Assembly (NCBI GenBank): GCA_965214705.1 | Contig: CBDCCI010000002.1 | Span: forward strand, 352,001-416,000 | Direction: 5' to 3' | Length of the DNA: 64,000 nt | Origin: Alphaproteobacteria bacterium | GTDB taxonomy: Bacteria; Pseudomonadota; Alphaproteobacteria; UBA828 | In this document: positions 38,552 through 49,441 of the stretch, one piece after another | Position numbering within the stretch: the stretch's first letter is position 1 | Layout: each line of letters starts with the position of its first letter | Translations under genes and position numbers: made by a program | Notes under the pieces: model-generated | What the model was told of the DNA's origin: nothing | Seen by the model: the letters and a program-made list of their open reading frames with translations, nothing else | Databases searched by the model: none

Positions 38552-38850
38552 AAACAGCAGGGTCCCTCAGCCAAACCTGCAAGGCCGCTCTCGCACCACC
38601 GCGATCACCACCACCCACATCACCAGCCTGACCGCGCTCAGCACTGTGGATCGGCGCTACGCCGATCGACGCTCCAACACGCCAAGATGTCCAAATGAGC
38701 GAAACCGCTTATGCACAATGCTCCGGTGAAACGCACATGTAGCGTCTGACGGGCCTGGAATAGTCGACATTGGTGGCAATATCATGTGCCACCGGAGCCA
38801 AGTGCATAAGCGGTTGAGCGAATACCCGCGCTTTTGCGCGCTCGCCAACA

Positions 38851-41005
38851 CATCGTCGCGCAGGCGCGTCCGCTCGAGCGCCTCGACCGCGCCGGCAAGC
38901 GCGGCCGATCCACCCGGCATGGCGTGGAGATGGCGCCCGGCGTCGCCGTCCGCTGCGAGCCTCGTCCGTGCCTCTTCCAGAAGTGCCGCTCCTTCCTCGC
39001 GCCAGGCGGCGTACCGGGGAAGCTCTTCCACCGGCAGTCCCCGCGCGGAGGCCGCCCAGCCGAGCTCCGGCCAGCGCCGCCAGTTCTCCTGGATCCGCCC
39101 GGTCAGGTTCCTCACCTCCCGGTCGCGCGCCAGATGCCCCTCGTGCTCCGCCAGCATGGTGTCGGTGAGGCGGCGCATGTCGGCCGGCAGGTCCTCGATC
39201 GTGGACAGCGCCGCCGCCCGCGCCATCACGCCCTCGTAGCCGGGAAGGAAGAAGGGTGCCGTCGCCGTCTCTTCGGCCTGTCGCCGAATAGCTTTCCAGT
39301 CTTCGGCCAGGGCTGCGAACACTTCCAGGTCCACGGCCGGTATCGCCGCGGGATCGACGCCCAGCGCCTCCAGCGCACCGTCCTCCATCACGGCTCGCGC
39401 CTCGAGAAGCTCGACCAGCGCCTCGCGGTCGTCGGTCAGCAGCAGGAAGTTGTCGCTCACCCGGCTGAGCTCGACGTGGAACAGCTGCCGATCCGCCGCG
39501 CCGCCGGCATCGAGAACCGCGATCGCCGCGCGCGCCGTCCGCCCCTGCGCCGCGTGCACGGTCGAGCACCAGGCATGATCGAGATGACGGAGCTGTGGGT
39601 GCGTCAGCCCGAGATTGAACTCGCGGCCTTCCCCGTCGCGGAAGCGCACCCGCCTGTAGTCGATCTCCACGATCTCCGCTTCGCCGCCGTTGACCAGGTC
39701 GGGCGCGCCGGTCTGGGCGAAGCTCCTGGGCGGCACCTTGTGGTTGCGGGTCCAGCGGATGCGGTCGCCGGCGCGCACCTCGATCCGCTCCGTGTCGCAG
39801 ATGCGCAGATACCACGCCGCGTTGCCCGAGGGCCGGAAGCGGCGCTCCTCGCCGTCGGGGTGGGCAAGGATCACCATGCCCTCCTCGGTGCCGGCGACGG
39901 TGCAGATATCGTCCTTGCGGCATCCGTAGTGGTCGCGGTGGAACACGGCGATGTCGCCAGGCTCGTAGCTGCGGATGTCAGAGGCCTGCGCCCGGGTGAG
40001 GCGGCGATCGACCAGCCGGTCTATCTCCAGCGTCCGCCCATGCACAATGCCCTCCCGTTCCAGTCCCACGCGCACCGCCTCGTTGACCTGACGGCGGATC
40101 GTGTGGGTGGGCGCGAGCAGCAGGGTATCGTCCCGCTCCTCCGGCGGCAGCGCGAGCCAGTACATCGCCGCCTCGCGGCCGAGCTCTTCCCGAGGCGCTT
40201 CACGCACCCGATCCCCGAGGCCCTCGATCGCCGCACCCGGCTCGCCCTCCCGTGTCAGGAAGACGGCCCTGAGCAGATCGCGGTCGCGCTGCCGCACCAC
40301 CTCGTCCATGGTGGCGGTCGCCATGCCCGCCTTCTGCAGCAGCCGGAAGGGCTGGCCCGCATCGACCGCCCACAGCTGCGCCGTGTCTCCCACCAGGGCC
40401 ACGCGCGCCACACCAAGCTCGCGCGCGATGCGCAGCAGTTCTTCCATGCGCACGGTGTCGATCATCGAGGCCTCGTCGACGGCCAGCACCCCGCGCCCAT
40501 ACGCCGCCCGGCCCCGCGCCAGCCCCTCCGGATCAGAGAGGTCCCCGAAGCGGGCGAGGAAGTACTGCAGGGTGCGGGACGGAATCCCAGCTTCCCGTTC
40601 CAGCACCCGCGCAGCGGCGGCAGACGGCGCGAGGCCGTGGATCTTCCTCTCGCCGAGGAGCTCACTCACCTCGCGCAGCATCGTCGTCTTGCCGCTGCCG
40701 GCATGGCCCTGGACGCCGATGACGAGGTCGTCCGAGAGCAGCACCGCCCGGACCGCCTCCTTCTGGCCCCTGGTCAGGCGGCTCGCGTCGAGCCGCTTCT
40801 CCACCGTCTCCCCGTTCGCCAGCGCCATGCCCTTTCCGCGCCCCGCCCGCATCGCGGCCAGCACGCGGCGTTCGGCCTTCACCGCCCGGTCGGTGACGAA
40901 GGCCCGGTCCATGCCCCGGCGCTCGACCTCGATCAGATCGCCGTCCCTGACCAGGCGCCCGATCGCCGCGTCGATCCCCGACAGCGTGTAGCGCCCCGGC
41001 GCTTG
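38851..41005 (-). pseudogene. trwC: TrwC-type relaxase helicase domain (RecD-like), cut at both ends
   Basis: VQGHAGSGKTT, GLAPS..AA, VDEASM, LVGD..QL, GDRIRWTRN, TVHAAQGRT. Confidence 0.88.
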
Positions 41006-41216
41006 CCCACCGCCTGACCACACTCGCCGATCTCGCGCCCACCGCTCCACAGCTTCAACAGCAATGAGGATATTGCTGAGGATCAAAAGAAGAGCCGCGG
41101 ACAGCGCCCTTTCCGCATTCAGCCAACATCCCCGGAAATCCGTCGTCGGATCAGTGTGACCAAAAAGCCCGGCCTTCTATCGACTTAAACTGCGAAACAA
41201 CACCGGCCTCGACCAT

Positions 41217-41963
41217 GTGGTGTCCTCGGGCGGTCATGTCACGGTGCGGGTGAACACCGGATCCCTGCCGTTCCGAACGGCCGACGGCGCGCCGTTCGAC
41301 CTGTTGGCGCAAGTCACGACGCTCAAGCGCGCCGGCGCCGTGCGAGCGTGGCCTGCGGTGGCAGTCGGGGACGGCATCGCGGTGCCGGGGCGCGTGTGCG
41401 CGATCAGAAAGACGCAGGAAGCCATCCGGATCGCGCACCGGAAAGTGCGCAAGGAGGCCACGCGCAGAGGCAAGCAGCCTCAACCGCAGACCCTCGAGTT
41501 CGCACGGTACGTCATCGTGTTCACCACCTTCCCCGAGGCGACCTTCACCGCCGCCCAGGCTCTCGAGTGGTATCGCATCCGCTGGCAGGTCGAACTGGTG
41601 TTCAAGCGCTTCAAGTCCCTGGCACAGCTGGGACATCTGCCCAAATACGACGACGAAAGCGCCAAGGCGTGGCTCTACGGCAAACTCCTGGTGGCGCTGC
41701 TGGTGGAAAAGCTGATCCACCACGCCACCGCGGTTTCCCCCTGGGGGTACCGCGTGGAGGCGATCCCGCCCGCACAGCCCATGGCGTGACTTCAAATTCA
41801 TGCTCAACCAACTGGCGCGAGCCATCGAGCCCCAACTACCTCTTAATCAGGTGATCGCCGAATGGAACCAAATCTCCAGATCACTGGCCGAACCGCCCCG
41901 ACGACGCCTGACCCAAATCGCGGAACATTTCATCGAAGCGCCCCAAACAAGTTAGCGCATATG
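41217..41963 (+). mobile_element. IS4-family element, 5'-truncated
   Basis: YRIRWQVELVFKRFKS signature; right end AACAAGTTAGCGCATATG at 41946-41963. Confidence 0.8.
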
Positions 41964-41969
41964 CCCCCC

Positions 41970-42153
41970 CATAAGCGCTAACTTGTTCGCCCGCACCGTG
42001 TCCCCGCGCATTTCGACAACCGGAATTGGCAGCGATGAAGCGATTCGGCGGACGAATTCGGAGATTTCGGCCCTCTCGCCGGGCGCTCGGGGCGGCTCCA
42101 AGGGGGATTCGACGGTGCGCGACACCAGTCCACCAAACAAGTTAGCGCCTATG
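41970..42153. mobile_element. 184-bp MITE with the TIRs of the adjacent IS4
   Basis: CATAAGCGCTAACTTGTT ... AACAAGTTAGCGCCTATG, flanked by C-runs. Confidence 0.75.
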
Positions 42154-42186
42154 CCCCCCCCCCGCGCGGGGGGCGCGGATTGAAAC
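42154..42186 (+). CRISPR. Single orphan type I-C-like CRISPR repeat (5' end disrupted)
   Basis: CCCCCCGCGCGGGGGGCGCGGATTGAAAC matches the I-C repeat form GTCGC..CCC.CGCGGGGGCG[CT]GGATTGAAAC; no second repeat or cas gene in the window. Confidence 0.55.
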
Positions 42187-42211
42187 CGACGCAGGCCGGT
42201 GAATTGCCGGG

Positions 42212-42410
42212 CTTGCCGGTCCTCCATTTCGTGATCGACCGGGACGGGCGCCTTCGCGATTATGGTATCCAGAAGAGCGGCGGCCACTATCTTCTGGATC
42301 GCGCCGTCATCGACATGATCGAGCGTTCTCGACCGCTTCCGCCGATCCCGGATCATCTGGGGCAGAGGCGACTCGCGCTGACCGTGCCGGTTCAGTTTGT
42401 ACTGCGTTAG
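42212..42410 (+). pseudogene. TonB C-terminal domain fragment
   Basis: FVIDRDG.L....IQKSGG..LLDRAV...I....PLPP.P...VPVQF. Confidence 0.7.
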
Positions 42411-42413
42411 GGC

Positions 42414-43643
42414 ATGTCTGCCATTGGGAGGGACGAAGCAATCATGAGCACAGACATATCCAACGAGACACGGCTCGAATGGCGCCGCCGCTATTCCGGT
42501 CCGCAGTTTCTGCGCGAAGGATTTCGGCCCCTGTTCTTCATGGCCGGGCTCTGGGCAGCGCTCGCCACACCGCTATGGATCGCGGTGTGGACGGGCGCGA
42601 TTTCGTACCCTGGTCGGCTCGGTCCCGTAACATGGCACGCCCACGAAATGATGTTCGGCTATGTCGGTGCCGTGCTCGGCGGCTTCGTGCTGACCGCAGT
42701 GCCGAACTGGACCGGGCGCCTGCCCGTGCGCGGCTTGCCGCTTGCCGTGCTCGCGCTCGCCTGGCTCGCCGGCCGGGCCGCCATATGGTGGAGCAACGCA
42801 ATCGGCCCGGTTCCGACGGCTCTCCTCGATCTCGTCTTTCTGGCCGGACTCGCGGTCTTCGTCGCCAACGAGATCGTCGCAGGCCGCAATTGGCGCAACC
42901 TGCCGGTCCTCGCCGGGCTCGGGCTGATGGTCGCCGCCAACGTGCTGTTCCACCTCTCCGCGATGGACGCGGCGAACCTCGAGGAGGTTGCCGTTCGGCT
43001 TTCAATCGCCGTGGTGTCGCTGCTGCTGGCGTTGGTCGGCGGGCGCATCGTGCCGAGCTTCACGCGCAACTGGTTCGCGAAGCGGGACGGCCCGAAGATC
43101 GCGACGCCCATGGGCAGGTTCGATAAAGTCACGCTCGCCGTGACGGGGGTGGGACTGGCGACCTGGGTGGCATCGGCGCCGGCGCCGGTTGCGGGCGGTC
43201 TCCTGACCGCAGCGGGTCTGCTCCACCTCGCGCGGCTCGCGCGCTGGCGCGGCTGGAGGACGCTGGCCGAGCCGCTTCTGACCATATTGCATGTCGGCTA
43301 TCTGTGGCTCGCCATCGGCCTCGGCCTGCTTGGGGTCTCTCTGCTCGGGGAGTGGGTGTCCGAGGCAATGGCACTGCACGTGCTGACCATCGGCGCGATG
43401 GCAAGCATGACGCTCGCGGTCATGACGCGTGCGATCCGCGGCCACACCGGACGCGATCTCCACGCCGGGCCCTGGGTCGTGGCGATCTACGTTTTGGCCA
43501 CGGTGCCGGTGTTCACGCGCGCAGCCTTCGAAATCGCTTACGAGGTCAGTCTCCTGTGGGCAACCGCCGGCGCCTGGTCTCTCGCTTTCGCGCTGTTTGC
43601 GGCTGTCCATGCGCCGATGGTGTTCGGGCCGCCCAAATCTTGA
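42414..43643 (+). CDS. nnrS: NnrS family haem-copper membrane protein
   Basis: GFRPLFF, WHAHEMMFG, GFVLTAVPNWT, GGRIVPSFT, LHVGYLW, GHTGR. Confidence 0.92.
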   Translation: MSAIGRDEAIMSTDISNETRLEWRRRYSGPQFLREGFRPLFFMAGLWAALATPLWIAVWTGAISYPGRLGPVTWHAHEMMFGYVGAVLGGFVLTAVPNWTGRLPVRGLPLAVLALAWLAGRAAIWWSNAIGPVPTALLDLVFLAGLAVFVANEIVAGRNWRNLPVLAGLGLMVAANVLFHLSAMDAANLEEVAVRLSIAVVSLLLALVGGRIVPSFTRNWFAKRDGPKIATPMGRFDKVTLAVTGVGLATWVASAPAPVAGGLLTAAGLLHLARLARWRGWRTLAEPLLTILHVGYLWLAIGLGLLGVSLLGEWVSEAMALHVLTIGAMASMTLAVMTRAIRGHTGRDLHAGPWVVAIYVLATVPVFTRAAFEIAYEVSLLWATAGAWSLAFALFAAVHAPMVFGPPKS

Positions 43644-44725
43644 GCCCGGATGGGGTCGGTTTGCCGGGCTCAACCCAAGGGGGGCAGTTGTGCGTCCAGT
43701 CCCATTCTCCTGGCGATTGCCTGGCCGATCCTCTCGGCTGCTGCCTCAATGTCGCGATCTGCGAGGTGAGCGTAGCGCAAGGTCATTCGCACATTGGAGT
43801 GTCCGAGCAGCCGCGAAACCACCGGCACCGGAACGCCGTTCATCACCGCGTGGCTGGCCACGGTGTGCCGGAGGTCGTGGAGGCGCACATCCTCAATGCC
43901 GGCTTCCTTCCGGACCCGGTACCAAAGGTTGAGGTCGGGGTGGCGCGGCCGGGACGGATCGCGCGGCGACGGAAACACGAACGGACTCTCTCCCCGAGGC
44001 TGCCGTTCGAGAATGCGCCGGGCCTGCGAGTTGAGAGGGACCTTCCGGGGCCCGGTCTTGCTGTCGGCCAACATGAGCGTGTCGCCCTGGACCTCGGACC
44101 AGCGCAGGCGCACGATCTCGCCCCTGCGGCACCCGGTCAGCAGCAGGAGCCGGATCACGTCGGCCTGCTGGCGGTTGCCCCGCCCGGCTTGCCCGTCGAG
44201 CGCCCTGTGGAGGCGGGCGATCTCCTCGCGGGAGAGGAAGCGAGTGAGTTCCGGCCGGCGGTTGGGCTGGATGCCTGCGGCCGGGTTGGCGTCGGCATGG
44301 CCGCGCGCGATGGCGAAGTTCATGATCTGGCGGAGGACGTCGAGGCTGTGATTGGCATTGCCGGGAGCGGTCCGGCTATACGCGTCGAACCACCGCCTGA
44401 CCCGCGTGGAGGCAATGCGGTCGAGCGGGATCGACCCGAACTTCGGCAACAGCTGCCTCGCAAGGAGCGAGCGGTGCCCCTTTTTCGTGGAGGGCTTGTA
44501 GCGCTGGAAATGCGCGTCCTTCCACTCACCCTCGACGAACTGCCGGAACGAGGGGGCGCGGCGTCTGGGTACGCTCTCCTTCTCAGGCTCGTGGGCGAGC
44601 TGCCGCGCGAGGCAATCCCGGCGCGCCTCCGCGACGGTCCTGAGCGACACCGGACCCAGCGAGATGCGTTTCGAGCGCCCGCCGGATCGCTGCAACCACA
44701 CGTAGCTCTTCCCACCGCCGGGCCT

Positions 44726-47071
44726 CTCAACTACCCACTGTTGAGTCAGTTCCATGTTTGATCATGTCCAGGTCCTTCAAGGCACGGTAGGTGAGGGTGG
44801 CGTGTCGCAGGTAGACGTAGCCCTTCCAGAGCAGTTGGGTTCCCGGCAGGGGCTGCCGTTTTCGTGGATCGAAGCCGGCGAACCTGGCGACATCGATGAC
44901 GAAGGTGCGGATGTCCGGGGGCTTGTCGGGCGGCGGACGGGCGCGAACCATGCCGTAGGCCATCAGCCTGATGTAGAGGATGGCGATTTCGTCGTCCGAG
45001 ACGACGTGGTTGGCCGGGGTGTCCGGCTTGTCGCGCGCGATGCGTTCGAGATCGAAGACGTGGCAGGCGGTGATGGCATCGAAGGCGACACACTTTCGCA
45101 GGTCGTCGGCGTGGTCGAGCTTTCGGTCCTCGACGCGGGTGCCGGTCTTCAGAACCTTGAAGTACTCCTCGATGGTCCATCGGCGCTCGTACCAGGTGAC
45201 GACGGTCTGGGCGGTCTCGGCGTCGGCGCTGCCCTCGGTGCTCAGCAGCAGCCAGTTGAGCGGGTCCTTGCCGGCGGGCGGGTCGGGTTCGGTCGCGGAC
45301 ACGACGAGCATGTCGACCGGCTCCCGGCTCTCGGCGTCGCGCGGTGGCGCCAGACTGACCCTGGCGGCGCGCAGCTCCAGCGTTGCCGTGCGCCTGGACC
45401 GCGCCCGCTTGCCGCCGCAGGCGCCGATCTCCACGGTCTTGCCGGCAAGGCGCGGGAGAGCGGCGACATGCTCCCACACGCTCTCCTCCTCGCCGCTCTC
45501 AAGGATCACCCGCCGCTGTGCCGACCGGCGCGCGCGCACCAGCAGCGCCGCGCCTTGCGATGCGGCCCTGGTGAGCAACGCCCAGATGTCGCCCTCCCGG
45601 TCGCAGACCGTGACCACCCGCGTCGCAGGGCAGGCGCGGGCCAACTCCTGCGCCCGCTCGTGCCCGCGCAGCCAGCGTTCACTCTCGATTTCCCTGTCGT
45701 CGCCGTCGCGGAAGCTCGCATCAAGGGCGAACACGCCGAGCGGCCGCCCGGCCGCGTTGAGCGCCAGACCCACATGCGCCACCAGTCCGCACGTGCCCTT
45801 GCCGCCGCCGCCCACCCCGACGAGGCCTTCGGTCGCTTTGAGCCCGTCGTAGTTCAGCGTGGTGGTGTCCTGGATCGCGAGAACGATGTCCTCAAGCTGG
45901 CAGCGCTCCACCATCGTTGCCCGGTGCGGCTCCAGGATGTGCTCCATGCTCACCTTCCCGCTCGACAGCAGCCGGTAGGCCGCCTTGCGCTCCGGCCGGG
46001 CCGGAAAGATCGCCGGGATCGCGGCCCCCGGGCGCTCCAGCCACGCCCGTCCCATGCGCTCGATCCGATCGCGGACCCGGCCGTCAGGATGCGTGCTGCG
46101 CGCATATTCCCGCCCCGCCCAGTCCGTGTCCTCGTCCATGTGCAACGCCGGCGCCGCACGGATGTCCCGGGCCGGCTCGGCGCACAAGATGGCCTGCCAA
46201 TCCGCCGCCAGCGGCTTCATCCACACCGTCCGCGCCGCCCCGGCGGCGGACCCCGGCGGCTGGCCCGAGGTGTGCTGGGAACAGCACCGCCAGCCCGCCG
46301 CCCGGTAGCAGGTGCCGGCATGCTCGGGGCCGACATAGCTGTAGGCCAGGACCGGCCGCGCCCTGTAGGCCGTCTCCCAGTCCGCCGCCACGCGCCCGGC
46401 CGCCAGCTCCAGCACCCGCGAGGCCAGACCGTGGACGCGCACGCCGGGCAGAAGCAGGAAGCGATGGTTGTTGATCAGGAGCGGCAGGTTCAAAGCCCGC
46501 GCGTCCGCCGACCAGCCGATAAAGTCGTCGCGCGCCTTCTGGTGCCAGCTCGCGGCGCAAAACCCGATGCCGCCGAGGCGGCCGTGAAGCGAGGAACGCA
46601 CCCAGTAGCGCAGCTGCCCGCCCGGAGCCCGCGCCCAGCCTTGCGGGTGGTGCGTCGCAATCATCGCTTGCCACAGTTGCCGCTCGGCATCGCCGTCGAC
46701 CGGCTCCAGTGTCACCGAGCCCAGATCCGCAAGCCGGCAGCGAAGCGAAAGGTCGGGGTAGGCTTCGATGGGCGCACTCTCGCGACGCCCCCGGCCGAAC
46801 GCCGCCCGCGCCGCCGGCAGCGCGAGCCCGAGCTTGTCCGCCAGAACCGGCAGAGCCTTGCGCGCGGACGCAAGACAGTGCTCGCCCCGATCGCCGGTCC
46901 AGTCCTCAAGCGCGCAGAGATCGCGGGCAAGAGAACTGCGAGTGCGGCCCTCCTCCAGGACCGCCTTGCTCAACCACTCGATCGTGTCGGCGTGAAACTG
47001 GTGAAGGCCAACTTGCATGGCACGACATGTAGCCCACACCACTCATTGAGTCAACTGTGGACCGGTGTGAG
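44726..47071 (-). mobile_element. IS4-family (IS50-like) element with DUF4338-fused transposase
   Basis: Imperfect TIRs CTCAACTACCCACTGTTGAGTCA / TGAGTCAACTGTGGACCGGTGTGAG; TSD CCGCCGGGCC. Confidence 0.8.
44727..47042 (-). CDS. DUF4338 + IS4/Tn5-like transposase
   Basis: RD.FIGW, NNHRFLLLP, GTCYRAAGW; then IQDTT, DREGD, YERRWTIEEYFKVLKTG. Confidence 0.9.
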   Translation of the reverse strand: MVWATCRAMQVGLHQFHADTIEWLSKAVLEEGRTRSSLARDLCALEDWTGDRGEHCLASARKALPVLADKLGLALPAARAAFGRGRRESAPIEAYPDLSLRCRLADLGSVTLEPVDGDAERQLWQAMIATHHPQGWARAPGGQLRYWVRSSLHGRLGGIGFCAASWHQKARDDFIGWSADARALNLPLLINNHRFLLLPGVRVHGLASRVLELAAGRVAADWETAYRARPVLAYSYVGPEHAGTCYRAAGWRCCSQHTSGQPPGSAAGAARTVWMKPLAADWQAILCAEPARDIRAAPALHMDEDTDWAGREYARSTHPDGRVRDRIERMGRAWLERPGAAIPAIFPARPERKAAYRLLSSGKVSMEHILEPHRATMVERCQLEDIVLAIQDTTTLNYDGLKATEGLVGVGGGGKGTCGLVAHVGLALNAAGRPLGVFALDASFRDGDDREIESERWLRGHERAQELARACPATRVVTVCDREGDIWALLTRAASQGAALLVRARRSAQRRVILESGEEESVWEHVAALPRLAGKTVEIGACGGKRARSRRTATLELRAARVSLAPPRDAESREPVDMLVVSATEPDPPAGKDPLNWLLLSTEGSADAETAQTVVTWYERRWTIEEYFKVLKTGTRVEDRKLDHADDLRKCVAFDAITACHVFDLERIARDKPDTPANHVVSDDEIAILYIRLMAYGMVRARPPPDKPPDIRTFVIDVARFAGFDPRKRQPLPGTQLLWKGYVYLRHATLTYRALKDLDMIKHGTDSTVGS

Positions 47072-47199
47072 CCGCCGGGCCGGACCCGGACCCCGAGGCC
47101 GCAGGTGCGGTCGTCCCAGACGGTGAACTCCCGTTCTCGCGGACGGAGACGTTCGACGGCGGCGTCGGTCAGCCGCATGCGTTCCCTGCCGGCCATCGA

Positions 47200-48324
47200 T
47201 CAGTTTCCTTCCAGCACGGCGCCGACGATTTCGGCGGCTTCCATCGTCATGGCGTCGCTGAGGTGCGTGTACTTGAGGGTCGTCTCCGGGCTGGCATGGC
47301 CGAGCAGCCGACCGATGGCGAGCACGGTCTCTCCCTCGCGCAGGGCGATGCTGGCATGGGTATGGCGGAGGTCGTGGAGACGAACGTCGTCCAGTTCCGC
47401 CTCGGCGCGCAGCTTCCACCAGAACCGGTCCAGCCAGTTGTTGCCCTGCGGGCCTGCCGTCCGGCACGAGGGGAACACCCAGCGGCCCTTTCGCTCCAGG
47501 GCGTCGAGAATGTTTCTGGCGGGCTCGGAGAGCCAGACGGTTCGGGGACCCGTCTTCGAGTCGCGGAGGAACAGGCGCCCCTCGCGGTAGTCGGACCAGC
47601 GCAGCGTCAGGATCTCGCCCTTCCGGCATCCGGTCAGCAGGAGGAGGCGCACGACCGCCACCTGCTCCGGATGCCGCCCCTCATGGGCCGCGAGTGTCGC
47701 CGACAAGCGGCGGATCTCATCGTCCGACAGGAAGCGCTCGCGCCCCTCGCGGCGGTAGCGCCGGATGCCCTTGCACGGGTTCGAGCCCTCGGGACGGAAG
47801 CCCATCGCCTCGGCCTCGCGCATGATGACGGAGAGCACCGGCATCGACCGGTCGGCGGCGACCGGGGTGGCGCGCAGCGAAGCGAACCAGTTGGCGATGT
47901 CCCGGCTGTCGATGTCGTCGACCTGCCGTCCCGCGAAGTGCGGCAGGATCTGGTTTCGCAGGTAGCCCCGGTTCACTGCCAGCGTTCCCGCCTTCCAGAT
48001 GCGGCTGCGGCGCTCGAACGCGGCCTCGGCAACGACCTCGAAGAGGGTCTCGGTGGGATCGCGTGGCGGGTTCTCCCCCAGACGGATCGCGGCGAGCATG
48101 GTCACGGCGCGCGATCGCGCCTCGCTGACATCCATGGTGGCGGTGTCACCTATGATTTTCCATACGCGCTCGCCGCGATGCTGGCAGTGGACGAAGAGGC
48201 GCTTGGCGCCCGAGGGCAGCACGCGGAGGCCGAACCCCCTTAGCTTGCCGTCGCGAATGTCGTATGCGGTCTTGCGGGGCTTGAGCGCGCGGATGCGGGC
48301 GTCGGTAAGGTCGGTTCTGGGCAT
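47200..48324 (-). CDS. Tyrosine integrase with Arm-binding domain
   Basis: LTDARI, GFGLRV.PSG.K, TGCRKGE, DSKTG, HDLRHT, LLGH, KYTH. Confidence 0.92.
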   Translation of the reverse strand: MPRTDLTDARIRALKPRKTAYDIRDGKLRGFGLRVLPSGAKRLFVHCQHRGERVWKIIGDTATMDVSEARSRAVTMLAAIRLGENPPRDPTETLFEVVAEAAFERRSRIWKAGTLAVNRGYLRNQILPHFAGRQVDDIDSRDIANWFASLRATPVAADRSMPVLSVIMREAEAMGFRPEGSNPCKGIRRYRREGRERFLSDDEIRRLSATLAAHEGRHPEQVAVVRLLLLTGCRKGEILTLRWSDYREGRLFLRDSKTGPRTVWLSEPARNILDALERKGRWVFPSCRTAGPQGNNWLDRFWWKLRAEAELDDVRLHDLRHTHASIALREGETVLAIGRLLGHASPETTLKYTHLSDAMTMEAAEIVGAVLEGN

Positions 48325-48442
48325 TTCCCCTCTTCCGGTTTCGGTTGCAGCCAGGGAACCGGGAGTTGACGGATCCGTCCGGATGCAACAATGTGGAGGA
48401 GAGAAAACGACCCTTTGTCAGATATTTAGCACCGCAGGTGCG

Positions 48443-49228
48443 TGACGTGGTGTGGCCCTTGGCGTTTCGCTTGGTGCCGACATCGCAGGCTTTGGGCAGA
48501 TCGTCGAGCATCTGCGGCAGGGTCATGTCGAGCTGGCGCTCCACGCGGCGCTGCTCCTTGGGCCGCTCCTCACCCTTGCGCGGGCGACCGCGCTTGCGCT
48601 TCGGCTTCTCCTTCTTGCGTTTGCGCTGAGGCTTCTCGCGCGCCTCGACCGCCGTCGAATCGCGCGAGACATGCCCCACCAAGTGGTCGCCGAGGGTCTG
48701 CTTGATCAGCGCCTCGTGCAGGCGTGCGGGCAGGGCACTCTCGGAGAACTCGGCGAAGGCCCGTGAAAAGGTCGCCTCGCTCGGCACTTCTCCGGCATAG
48801 TTCCAGCCGCACAATCGGCGCAACGTCTTGTCGACCTCAAGGCGCTCGATCAGCGCGCGTGTCGTGGGTACGTCGAACACCGCCTTGGCGATGAAGGCGC
48901 GCGCCAGCGCCGCACGGTCCTCGACCGGCCGACCGGGCAGGCCATGAAAATGGGGAAGGAAGCTCTCGACCCGCGCAAACTCAAGCACAGTGACGAAGCG
49001 CCGATACCTCTCGCCGAGTGGCCCGAGCTCCTCCTCAAGCCACGGGAAGAGATCGCCTTGAAGGGAGTTCAAGAATCTGGTTAGTGTCTGTCCCAGCGAC
49101 ATGGGACCGCTCTCCCTGTCGATGTCTTCGGAAGCCCGACAGGAACAGAGAGCGGTCCCGATTCCCAGAACAATCTGCATCACATGGCGGCAAAATCCCG
49201 CTCAACGGCGGAATTCTGCAAGTGGCTC
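48443..49228 (-). mobile_element. Truncated copy of the 50041-51561 IS
   Basis: Near-identical sequence sharing the end GAATTCTGCAAGTGGCTC; transposase cut after KGHTTS. Confidence 0.88.
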
Positions 49229-49441
49229 CGGCGTGGCGGAAAAACCGGACAGGTCGATGTAGGCGGGCAAGGTTTCCGCGTCCAGGACGCGGATCGTCCA
49301 ACCGGGATTGTGGTATTCCCAGGAGCGCAGGCAACGTTTCACCAGTTCCGGCGCGTTCTCCCGGCCCTGGAGCCAGAGTATCCAGATGGTCCGGGGGACA
49401 ACCGGCAGTGGCGCGGCGCATGTCGGCGTATGGTCAGCCAT
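49229..49441 (-). pseudogene. Capsular polysaccharide synthesis (DXD glycosyltransferase) N-terminal fragment
   Basis: PRTIWILWLQGRENAPELVKRCLRSW...NPGW; cut by the IS. Confidence 0.75.

Larger units (their letters stand above)
36495..38850 (+). mobile_element. IS21-family element (left part lost) carrying a primase-like passenger gene
   Basis: istA 3' end, istB and a Toprim gene, then repeats and a terminal ...CCAACA at the junction with the trwC helicase fragment. Confidence 0.65.
43670..47196 (-). pseudogene. Tyrosine integrase with Arm-binding domain, split by an IS4 element
   Basis: N-terminus RLTDAAV..WD....GLGVRVRPGG joins GKSY..; catalytic TGCRRGE, HDLRHT, LLGH, Y. Confidence 0.88.

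Noticed and set aside
44727-47042. Druantia defence system
   Set aside because: DUF4338 is fused to a transposase inside TIRs and a TSD; no other Dru genes.
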